Assembly (NCBI GenBank): GCA_044222065.1
Contig: JBGAOA010000098.1
Location: forward strand, 1 to 10,800
Origin: Candidatus Eiseniibacteriota bacterium
GTDB lineage: Bacteria; Eisenbacteria; RBG-16-71-46
Length of the DNA stretch: 10,800 bases
Direction of reading: 5' to 3'
A program made the position numbers and the translations under genes. This document shows, in pieces, positions 1 to 6,850 of the stretch. The notes beneath the pieces were generated by a model. The model was not told the DNA's origin. It did no database searches and saw only the letters and a list, made by a program, of their open reading frames with translations. Numbering within the stretch: position 1 is the first letter of the stretch; every line of letters begins with the position of its first letter.

Positions 1-274
1 CGACGCCCCGGCCGCGGTGCGCGCGCGCCGTGCGCATGGACTTGATCTCGCCGTGCGCCGGATCCAGCGCGCGCAGGGCGCCGCAGCCGACGAGCGTCGC
101 GCCGTCCCACACCGTCCAGAACGTCACGTCGTCGCGGCGCAGCGCCTCGAGGTCGAGCGCGTGAACGCTCTCGGGCGGCGAGATCGCGTGCATGTCCTCG
201 AGGTGCTCTTCGAGCAGCGCGCGGATCTCGGAGCCCGTGAGATCGTCGCGGCGAATCGTCCACGGCGCGCTCAC
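1..274 (-). CDS. GNAT N-acetyltransferase, YedL-like (partial; 3' end runs off the left edge)
   Basis: Not in the ORF track. Manual translation from GTG at 274-272, which overlaps the upstream TGA as GTGA, gives MSAPWTIRRDDLTGSEIRALLEEHLEDMHAISPPESVHALDLEALRRDDVTFWTVWDGATLVGCGALRALDPAHGEIKSMRTARAHRGRGV. SPPESVHALD, GCGAL and GEIKSMRT...RGRG are typical of this GNAT subfamily. Confidence 0.9.
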   Translation of the reverse strand, partial: MSAPWTIRRDDLTGSEIRALLEEHLEDMHAISPPESVHALDLEALRRDDVTFWTVWDGATLVGCGALRALDPAHGEIKSMRTARAHRGRGV

Positions 275-804
275 GACGCGCCTCCCCCGCCGGACGCGTC
301 GCGAGGCCCGCTCAGCAGGCGTTCGAGGTACACGACGTCGAGCCAGCGGCCGAACTTGAAACCGACATCGCGAAAGCGCGCGACCGACTCGAAGCCGAAG
401 CGTTCGTGAAGGCGCAGGCTCGCGGTCTGCTCGGACGTCACGCCGCCGATGAGCGCGCGATAGCCGAGCGATTCCGCGCGCGCGATCAGGTCCGCCATCA
501 GTTCGCGGCCGAGCCCGCGGTAGAGCGAGTCGTGGCGGACGTAGATCGAGAGTTCGACCGAGTGCCGGTAGGCGGAGCGCGACTTCCACGGCGACAGCGA
601 AGCCCAGCCGAGGACTTCGCCGTCCGCTTCGAGCACGGTGATCGGGTGACGCGGGCCGTGGGCCTCGAACCACGCGGCGCGAGCGTCGTCGGACTCGACG
701 GATTCCGCGAACGTGCAGGTGGACGTGCGGACGTAGTGTGCGTAGATCGCGTCGATCGCCGGACGGTCGGCGGCGACGGCGAGGCGCAAGGTGCGGATGC
801 TCAT
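271..804 (-). CDS. GNAT N-acetyltransferase, phosphinothricin/methionine-sulfoximine acetyltransferase (Pat/YncA/MnaT) family
   Basis: 177 aa with IDAIYAHYV..STCTF, VLGWASLSPWKSRSAYRHSVELSIYV, YRGLGR (acetyl-CoA motif), SLRLHERFGF and VGFKFGRWLDV. SD GGAGG at 813-809. Confidence 0.92.
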   Translation of the reverse strand: MSIRTLRLAVAADRPAIDAIYAHYVRTSTCTFAESVESDDARAAWFEAHGPRHPITVLEADGEVLGWASLSPWKSRSAYRHSVELSIYVRHDSLYRGLGRELMADLIARAESLGYRALIGGVTSEQTASLRLHERFGFESVARFRDVGFKFGRWLDVVYLERLLSGPRDASGGGGAS

Positions 805-921
805 GGAACCTCCGAGACCTTCCGGCCGCGTCGAACGCCGCGGGGCGCTCGCACGACCTGTCGGTCGTTGGTCCCCGGAGCGGAGCCCGCGCGGATCGCG
901 GTCCCCGCCGGAGACGCGCGA

Positions 922-951
922 AGTCTAGGCGGCGCGGCGCCGCGGGGGCAA
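922..951 (-). promoter_or_regulatory. Putative sigma70-type promoter for the GNAT pair
   Basis: Minus strand reads TTGCCC (951-946), 18-nt spacer, TAGACT (927-922). This predicts a leader of about 110 nt. Confidence 0.55.
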
Positions 952-986
952 CGTCGAATCCGCCGCGCGGGCCCCGCGCGCGCCGC

Positions 987-1475
987 TCACCGCGAGCGCG
1001 GGAGCGTCCACAGGAACATCGGGCCGTCCGAGGCGGACACGTGTTCGCTCGTCTTCCGGAAGCCCGCCTTTTCGAGCACGCGCTGCGAGGGGACGTTCTC
1101 GGCGGCGGTCTCGGCGAACACCTCGCGGATCTCGGGAAACGCGAACGCGATCGCCACGAGACCGGCGACCGCCGCGGTCGCGTGGCCGCGGCGCTGCTCG
1201 TCCGGCGAAACGCCGTAACCGATCTCGACGCGGCCCTCGCGCGGTTCGCCCTTGAATCCTCCCGAGCCGACGATGCGGCCGCTCGCTGCGTCCACGAACG
1301 CGAACGGCGCGTGCCACGGGCCCACGCGGCCGCACTCGAGCGCGCGCTTCGCGGTGACGAGCACGGGCTCGGGCGGCAGCGCGCCGGGGGCCAGCGGCCA
1401 CCCCGCGATCTCGGCCGCTCCCCGCAACGAGGCCTCGATCGCGTCGAGCCCGAGCGGAACGAGCGCGACGCTCAC
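987..1475 (-). CDS. GNAT N-acetyltransferase, RimJ/RimL family
   Basis: 162 aa with IVGSGGFKGEP.EGRVEIGYGV, QRRGHATAAV and AETAAENVPSQRVLEKAGF. The GTG start overlaps the M20 gene stop (GTGA at 1475-1472). Confidence 0.9.
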   Translation of the reverse strand: MSVALVPLGLDAIEASLRGAAEIAGWPLAPGALPPEPVLVTAKRALECGRVGPWHAPFAFVDAASGRIVGSGGFKGEPREGRVEIGYGVSPDEQRRGHATAAVAGLVAIAFAFPEIREVFAETAAENVPSQRVLEKAGFRKTSEHVSASDGPMFLWTLPRSR

Positions 1476-2812
1476 CGGGCGCGCGCCGCGGCGAGCCGCT
1501 TGAGCATCACCGCCATGCGCCGCGCCTGCGTCGGCAGCGTCCTCAGGTCGGCCACTTCGTTCACCGTGTGTCCGCCGCTGCCCATGAGCCCCACGCCATC
1601 GAGCGCGGCCGGCGTGAGGCCGGACGTGAACGACACGTCCGCGCCGCCCGCCTTGCGCGGGTCCTCGGCCGTGACGGGCCCGAGTCCGAGGTCGCGGCTC
1701 GCGGCGTCGTAGAGCGCGAGCAGCCGGTCGCTGCCGGACGCGGGCGCGAGCGGCGGATAGGAGTCGTCGAACGCGATCTCGGCGCTCGCGGTCAACGGCG
1801 TGCGCGCGACGATGCGGCGCATCGTCTCCTGCGCGTGCGCGCGCTGCTCGGGCGTGAGCGCGCGCAGGTCGCCGACGACGACCGTGCTCTCGGCGATCAC
1901 GTTGCTCTTGCCGAACGCCGTCCCGCGCGCGGTCGCGCGATCGATCGCGGCGTTCGTGCCGCCGACGATCACGCCGGGGTTGAACGTCAGCATCCGCTCG
2001 CCCGCGAGCGAGTCGCGGAAGGCCTGCAGGATGCGCGCGGCTTCGAAGATCGCGCCCGCGCCGACGTCCTCGCGGAAGATCTGCGACGAGTGCGCGGGCG
2101 TCGCGCGCACGCGCAGCGTCCAGCCGCCGGAGCTGCGGCGTGTGACGAGCGCCGTGCGCGGATCGCCGTCGCCGTCCTCGAATCCGATCGCGACGTCCGC
2201 GCGCCCCGCCGCTTCGACGAGTTCGGCGCGCGCGAGCGCGAGCGGAGCGCCGGGACGCTCCTCGTCGCCCGTGAAGATCGCGGTCACGTCGAGCCGGTCG
2301 AGGAGCCGCGCGTCCGCGAGCGCCTGGAGCGCGAGCAGCATGACGACGTCGCCGCCCTTCATGTCCGTCACGCCGGGCCCGCTCGCCGTCGTGTCGCTCG
2401 TGCGCACGAAGCGCTGGAACGGGCTGTCGGCCTCGAACACCGTGTCGAGGTGACCGATGAGCAAGAGCCGCGGACGGGGCCCGCGGCCCGCCCCGCGCCG
2501 TTCGGCGACGAGGTGCCCCGCGCGCGCGAACGGCGCGCCGTCGATCCAGCGCGTGCGGAAGCCGAGTGATTCGAACTCGGGCGCGAGCATCGCCCCCACC
2601 CGGCGCACGCCGGCGAGGTTCAGCGTTCCGCTGTTCTCGTTGACGAGGCGCTCGAGCAGCGCGAGTGCCGCGGGCGCGCGCCGCTCGACGGCGGCGATGA
2701 GCCGGCGTTCGGCGGCATCGAGCGCCGCGGCGCGCGCCGGCCCCGCCGCGAGAGCGGCGAGCAGCAGCGCGAGCGCGGCGCGAAGAACGAGCGTGGGGAC
2801 GAAGGCGCGCAT
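1472..2812 (-). CDS. Exported M20/M25/M40 family metallo-hydrolase (glutamate carboxypeptidase G2-like)
   Basis: 446 aa. Sec-type signal peptide (MRAFVPTLVLRAALALLLAALAAGPARA). Zinc/catalytic motifs are intact: LIGHLDTVF, GVTDMKGG, TGDEE, IGFED and C-terminal GGHTVNE. Also LVNENSGT and AHSS. Confidence 0.92.
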   Translation of the reverse strand: MRAFVPTLVLRAALALLLAALAAGPARAAALDAAERRLIAAVERRAPAALALLERLVNENSGTLNLAGVRRVGAMLAPEFESLGFRTRWIDGAPFARAGHLVAERRGAGRGPRPRLLLIGHLDTVFEADSPFQRFVRTSDTTASGPGVTDMKGGDVVMLLALQALADARLLDRLDVTAIFTGDEERPGAPLALARAELVEAAGRADVAIGFEDGDGDPRTALVTRRSSGGWTLRVRATPAHSSQIFREDVGAGAIFEAARILQAFRDSLAGERMLTFNPGVIVGGTNAAIDRATARGTAFGKSNVIAESTVVVGDLRALTPEQRAHAQETMRRIVARTPLTASAEIAFDDSYPPLAPASGSDRLLALYDAASRDLGLGPVTAEDPRKAGGADVSFTSGLTPAALDGVGLMGSGGHTVNEVADLRTLPTQARRMAVMLKRLAAARAR

Positions 2813-2821
2813 GTGCGGCGC

Positions 2822-2850
2822 ATCATGCCGCCGCGCCCCGCCTCCGACAA
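2822..2850 (-). promoter_or_regulatory. Putative sigma70-type promoter for the M20-GNAT operon
   Basis: Minus strand reads TTGTCG (2850-2845), 17-nt spacer, CATGAT (2827-2822). The -10 lies 9 nt before the ATG. Confidence 0.5.
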
Positions 2851-2863
2851 CGCCTTCCGCCCG

Positions 2864-2902
2864 AAAGCACGAAGGGACGGCGCCCTTGCGAGCGCCGTCC
2901 CC
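2864..2902 (-). terminator. Intrinsic terminator downstream of the cold-shock gene
   Basis: Minus-strand RNA GGGACGGCGC-UC-GCAA-GG-GCGCCGUCCC (perfect 10-bp arms 2874-2883 and 2892-2901, GNRA loop), followed by UUCGUGCUUU. It begins about 27 nt after the csp stop. Confidence 0.8.
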
Positions 2903-2928
2903 CGTGTGGGCAGTGATTCCGCGGGGCG

Positions 2929-3129
2929 TTAGCCGCGCTTGACGTTCGAAGCCTGAAGACCCTTCGGGCCGCGCGTCACGTCGAACTCCACCGCTTCACC
3001 CTCGGCGAGGGTCTTGAAACCTTCGCCCTGAATGGCGGAGAAGTGCACGAACACGTCCTCGCCGCCTTCCTGAGAAATGAAGCCGAAACCCTTCGCCTCG
3101 TTGAACCACTTCACCTTGCCACGAGCCAC
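2929..3129 (-). CDS. cspA: Cold-shock protein (CspA family)
   Basis: 66 aa with GKVKWFN, RNP1 KGFGFI, RNP2 VFVHF and [16 protein letters not shown] start with SD AAGGAG upstream. The paralog letter cannot be assigned from sequence. Confidence 0.97.
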   Translation of the reverse strand: MARGKVKWFNEAKGFGFISQEGGEDVFVHFSAIQGEGFKTLAEGEAVEFDVTRGPKGLQASNVKRG

Positions 3130-3230
3130 TGCGAACTCCTTGAAGCCGGGGGCGCAAACCCCCTTTGTACCCGCCTAGCGCGGCGGTCCCGTCCGGCCAC
3201 CGTGGCCGGATCCGCGGCGTGCGGCCCCTC

Positions 3231-3264
3231 AACGAAAAGCCCGCCAGAGGTGTCTCTGGCGGAC
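3231..3264 (-). terminator. Intrinsic terminator-like hairpin upstream of the csp gene
   Basis: Perfect 9-bp stem CCGCCAGAG/CTCTGGCGG (3241-3249 and 3254-3262) with a 4-nt loop, extended by U-G and G-C pairs, then UUUUCGUU on the minus strand. Confidence 0.75.
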
Positions 3265-3306
3265 AGGAACGTCTTGGAACATCCAGCACAACCGAAGACG
3301 GCCGGG

Positions 3307-3335
3307 ACTGTGCACGAGCCCCCGGGAAAATGCAA
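3307..3335 (-). promoter_or_regulatory. Putative sigma70-type promoter for csp
   Basis: Minus strand reads TTGCAT (3335-3330), 17-nt spacer, CACAGT (3312-3307). Predicted start is near 3300. Confidence 0.5.
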
Positions 3336-3376
3336 GTCCGGCCTCGCGCGGCTCGGGGCTCCGGCCGGGCGCGCGC

Positions 3377-4777
3377 TCACCAGGTGTCGTGGTCCTCGAG
3401 CGCGATCTCGCCCTGTGCGAGCCAGCGCCGGCTGTCGACGCTGCGGCCCTTGAACAGGAACTCGCTCGCGATGATCCACGACTGCTCGAGAAAGAGCCGC
3501 GTGAGCTCCGCGTCGGACGCGCGCGAGCGGGGCCTCAGCGTCTCGAGTCCCGGGCGGAAGCGCAGCGCGTGGCCGCCGGGTCTCACCGTGAGCCCGCCCG
3601 GAGCCGTCCACTCGCGTCCCTCGATGCCGAAGTGGACCGCCACCTCGCCGTGGCCGAAGTCCGCCCGCCCGCGGCGCTGCCGATCGAGCGCGATCGCGCG
3701 CGGGCCGATCGCGCGCAGGGGGCGCGTGAAGAGGAACGCGCACGACTCCCCGGGCTCGAGCCGCTCGAGCCGGATCACTTCGCCGTGCACCTCCGAGCCG
3801 GCCGTGAGTTCTCCCGCGAGCCGGCCGTCGGTCTCGATCTGCAGGTCCGTCACGGGCTCGTCGTTCGTGTTCAGCACGAACGCCTCGTCGCCGCGCGTCG
3901 CGAGGAAGACGCCCTGCATCAGCCGGAGCCGGTCGAGGATCTGCGATGTCGTCGCCTTCCAGATGCGATCGTGCGCGACGAGCCGGTCGAGACCTTCGCG
4001 GAACGCCGTCGTCGGCCCCGTGCGTTCGGCGTTCGCGTACCGGCACAGGTACTGGTAGAGCACCGTCACGCCCCAGTCGCGCTCGAGCGCGTCCAGCGCC
4101 TCGCCGCTCGTCGCGTCGCGGAAGCTGCGTTTCGTCGCCGCGAACCAGCCGCGCACGTACGGCTTCTCGGCCTCGAAGTACGGCATCGAAGGGTTCGCCG
4201 CGAGCGTGTTCAGATTGCGGGTGCGCAGCAGGCGGATGTACCGGACGCGCTCGAGGCACAGGTCGCCCCAGAAGTACGGGCTCGACGGATCCTCGCCCGA
4301 GCAGCGGTGACCGCGCGCGTAGAGCGAGAGCGCGAGGCGCAGCGGACCCTTCGCGACCGTCTGCTCCTGCCAGTACGGATTGTCCGCGTTCTTCGCGTGG
4401 CAGACGTACGTGTGCGCGCGCGGGAAGTGGCGGTCGAGCCGCTCGAACGCGCGCACGATGGTCGCCCGCCGGTTGTTGCCCGCCGTCGCGCCGTGGAGCG
4501 TGATTTCGAACCCCTGCGCGCCGAGCCACTCGCAGTAGCGCAGGTAGTCGGGATCGTCGAGCGTGACGCCGCGCTGGATCGACTCCGGAAGTCCCGGGAT
4601 GCCGCACGGCTCCTCGGGCGGGAACGCCCACACGGTCTTCGTCGCGGGCACGCGCGCGGCGGCGAGCGCGTCGTACACCGCGCGCACGGTCGCGAGTTCC
4701 GCGGCGTCGGTGTCGTCGGTGATGCAGAATCCGGCGCGATGGGGATAGGGCGCCCAGCGCAGCCTAGCGCGCGCCAC
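3377..4777 (-). CDS. Polysaccharide deacetylase (CE4/NodB)-like domain protein with an uncharacterised C-terminal domain
   Basis: N-terminal PYPHRAGFCITDDTD, PATKTVW, GFEITLHGAT and TYVCHAKN resemble CE4-superfamily barrel motifs. I moved the start from 4846 to the in-frame GTG at 4777 (466 aa), which gives a 14-bp overlap with the methyltransferase end. The start is uncertain. Confidence 0.65.
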   Translation of the reverse strand: MARARLRWAPYPHRAGFCITDDTDAAELATVRAVYDALAAARVPATKTVWAFPPEEPCGIPGLPESIQRGVTLDDPDYLRYCEWLGAQGFEITLHGATAGNNRRATIVRAFERLDRHFPRAHTYVCHAKNADNPYWQEQTVAKGPLRLALSLYARGHRCSGEDPSSPYFWGDLCLERVRYIRLLRTRNLNTLAANPSMPYFEAEKPYVRGWFAATKRSFRDATSGEALDALERDWGVTVLYQYLCRYANAERTGPTTAFREGLDRLVAHDRIWKATTSQILDRLRLMQGVFLATRGDEAFVLNTNDEPVTDLQIETDGRLAGELTAGSEVHGEVIRLERLEPGESCAFLFTRPLRAIGPRAIALDRQRRGRADFGHGEVAVHFGIEGREWTAPGGLTVRPGGHALRFRPGLETLRPRSRASDAELTRLFLEQSWIIASEFLFKGRSVDSRRWLAQGEIALEDHDTW

Positions 4778-5534
4778 CCTTGACCCCGCGCGCCATGACG
4801 ATGCCCGCGTACTCGCACACCCCCGGCAGCCGCTCGCCGGCCGCATCGAGCAGGCGGAACAGCGGGAGCAGCGCCCCCGGCACGCGCTTGCTCGTGAACA
4901 GCAGGTGCCGGCTCGTCACGCGTCCGAGCCCGGCGCCGGCGAGCAGCGCTTCGGCCTCGCGCGCGAGGAACAGCCGGTCGTGAATGTGCGGCGCGATGCT
5001 GAGCGACTTCTTGAGCGGGCCGTACCAGGGGCACTTCGCGTTCGGAAAGTCCACGACGACCGGGGCGCCCCGGCGCGCGACGCGCACGAACTCCGCGAGC
5101 GCACGCTCGGGGTGCGGGCAGAAGCGCAGCGTCGAGAACGAGAACACCGCGTCGAACGACTCGTCGGGGAAGTCGTCGAGCCGCTCGGCGTCGGCGACCT
5201 CGAAGCGCACGTTCGCGACCTTCCAGCGCTCGGCGCGCCGGCGCGCGAGCGCGATGCTCTCGGGCGACAGGTCCACGGCCGTGACGTGCGCGAAGCGCGG
5301 CGTGAAGAGGAACGTCTGGTGCCCGAAGCTGCTCCCCACCTCGAGCACGCGGGCCGTGGCGGGCAGGTTCGCGAGCGCGAGCGCCACTTCGACCTTGCGA
5401 TCGAGGAAGTAGTGCGAGGCGGCGTTCTCGGGCACGCGCGCGCCGCCGCCGGCTTCGAGCCACTCGGCGCTGTCGCGGTCGCGGGCCTCGGCGGCGTAGA
5501 AATCGCGCATCGCGTTCTTCTGGGAAGTCGTCAC
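4764..5534 (-). CDS. Class I SAM-dependent methyltransferase
   Basis: 256 aa with motif I VLEVGSSFG, VTAVDLSPESI, FEVADAERL, FPDESFDAVFS and ALAEFVRVARRGA. GTG start with GAGGA upstream. Confidence 0.9.
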   Translation of the reverse strand: MTTSQKNAMRDFYAAEARDRDSAEWLEAGGGARVPENAASHYFLDRKVEVALALANLPATARVLEVGSSFGHQTFLFTPRFAHVTAVDLSPESIALARRRAERWKVANVRFEVADAERLDDFPDESFDAVFSFSTLRFCPHPERALAEFVRVARRGAPVVVDFPNAKCPWYGPLKKSLSIAPHIHDRLFLAREAEALLAGAGLGRVTSRHLLFTSKRVPGALLPLFRLLDAAGERLPGVCEYAGIVMARGVKGGAR

Positions 5535-5599
5535 GGAATCGTGTCCTCGTCGGGCCGGGGTCGCGTCACGCGGTCGTGCGCTCGTTCGAAGCGGCGACG

Positions 5600-5629
5600 A
5601 GGTTAGAGGGCCGCGGAAACGGCTGTCCA
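5600..5629 (-). promoter_or_regulatory. Putative sigma70-type promoter for the methyltransferase/deacetylase-like operon
   Basis: Minus strand reads TGGACA (5629-5624), 18-nt spacer, TAACCT (5605-5600). Confidence 0.55.
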
Positions 5630-5639
5630 GTGGCGGCGA

Positions 5640-5672
5640 CCCTTCCGGAGCGATCGAGCCCCTTCCGGAGCG
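5640..5672. repeat. Perfect 13-bp direct repeat (CCCTTCCGGAGCG x2, 20-bp period), a possible regulator site
   Basis: Copies at 5640-5652 and 5660-5672, each containing the palindrome TCCGGA, in the divergent intergenic region. Confidence 0.75.
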
Positions 5673-5692
5673 CGGCGCGGATCGCGTAGCAT
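5663..5692 (+). promoter_or_regulatory. Putative promoter for the TPR gene
   Basis: -10-like TAGCAT at 5687-5692. The -35 position (TTCCGG, 5663-5668) is poor and lies inside the second direct repeat. Confidence 0.4.
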
Positions 5693-5731
5693 TTCCGCCC
5701 GCTCCCCCTGTTCGTCCGGAGATCCCACTGC

Positions 5732-6850
5732 ATGGCCCTCTCGCGAGTCGCGCCGCTCGCCGCCCTCGGCCTCACCGCCCTGACGCTCGCCGTCGGACCC
5801 GTCCGCGCCGCCGAGGGCGTCGCCAGGGCCCCGCGCGAACTGGTCTTCACGATCGACACGACCCGGGCGGGCGGCACGCCCGAAGCGACCGCCGCCTGGC
5901 GCGAGGGACGAGCGGTCTCGCAGCGCACCGAACGGCGATTCTCGGCAACGCTCGCGAACGCGCGCGAGGCGTGGCGGCTGTTCGCCCGCGCGACCGCCTC
6001 GGACACGGCCTTCGGCGCCGCGTGGTACGAGCAGGCGAAGCTCTGGACGCTGCTGAGCTATCCCGCGCCGGACCGGTTCACGAACGCGGAGGTGCGCGCG
6101 CGCTGCCTCGAAGCCGCGCGCCGCGCCGTCCGGCTCGCGCCCGAGAACGCCGATCACGCCGCGGTGCTCGGCGCGTTGCTCTGGAACTACGAGCGCGACT
6201 GGGACGGCGCCACGCGCGCGTTCGAGCGTGCGGCCGCGCTCGCGCCGGCGAACTCGGTCGCGCTCGCGGGCTACGCCGAGATGCTCGCCGCGCGCGGCCG
6301 CGCGGACGAGGCCGCGGCGGCGCTCGCGCGCGCCGAGAAGGCCGCGCCGAACTTCCGCACCGACTTCGTCCACGGCGAGCTCGCTCTGTGGTCCGGCGAC
6401 GCGGCGAAGGCCGAGGAGTGGTTCCGGCGCGCGCTCTCGCGGCAGGAGAACGCGGTCGCGCGCCAGATGCTCGGCACGGCGATCGTGCTCCAGCGCCGCC
6501 CCGCGGACGCGCTCCCGAACTTCGAACACGCCGCGAACCTCGACGAGCGCGGCGGCAACTCCCTCCTGCTGTGGGCCTACGGACTCGCGAGCGCGGGCCG
6601 CGCCGACGAGGCGCGCCGGCTCATCGCCGAGGCGGACACGTGCTGCTCGGGCGCGAAGCGCTCGCCGTTCCGCCTCGCCGCGGCGCGCCTGGCGCTCGGC
6701 GAGCGCGACGCCGCGATCGCGGCGCTCGAGCGGGATTTCGACGAGGGCGGCGCCGGCGTCGCGCGCCTCGGCGTGGATCCGTTGCTCGCGCCGCTGCGCG
6801 GCGAACCGCGCGTGCAGGCGCTGCTGCGCAGGCTCGGGCTCGCGCGCTGA
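5732..6850 (+). CDS. Exported tetratricopeptide repeat protein
   Basis: 372 aa. Signal peptide ends VRA|AEG. Repeated TPR-like units (ARRAVRLAPENADHAAVLG, AFERAAALAPANSVALAGYA, AEEWFRRALSRQEN). C-terminal LGVDPLLAPLRGEPRVQALLRRLGL cap. SD GGAG at 5718-5721. Confidence 0.85.
   Translation: MALSRVAPLAALGLTALTLAVGPVRAAEGVARAPRELVFTIDTTRAGGTPEATAAWREGRAVSQRTERRFSATLANAREAWRLFARATASDTAFGAAWYEQAKLWTLLSYPAPDRFTNAEVRARCLEAARRAVRLAPENADHAAVLGALLWNYERDWDGATRAFERAAALAPANSVALAGYAEMLAARGRADEAAAALARAEKAAPNFRTDFVHGELALWSGDAAKAEEWFRRALSRQENAVARQMLGTAIVLQRRPADALPNFEHAANLDERGGNSLLLWAYGLASAGRADEARRLIAEADTCCSGAKRSPFRLAAARLALGERDAAIAALERDFDEGGAGVARLGVDPLLAPLRGEPRVQALLRRLGLAR

Noticed and set aside
805..920. Possible known riboswitch (guanidine/ykkC, SAH, ZTP) in the GNAT leader
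   Set aside because: Only short fragments resemble these classes, and the SAH-like fragment is on the non-coding strand. The conserved cores were not found, so it is kept only as an unclassified candidate.
17..2942. Plus-strand ORFs 17..409, 406..1218, 738..1712, 1568..2569, 1800..2453 and 2457..2942
   Set aside because: All are antisense to clearly recognisable GNAT and M20 genes.
3111..4783. Long alternative ORFs 3111..4631 (-), 3389..4783 (+) and 3165..4058 (+)
   Set aside because: Shadow frames of the deacetylase-like gene, rich in Arg/Ala/Pro/Ser and without motifs.
4778..4846. Track start at 4846 for the deacetylase-like gene
   Set aside because: It would overlap the methyltransferase by 83 bp and add a non-protein-like extension. 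GTG at 4777 fits better.
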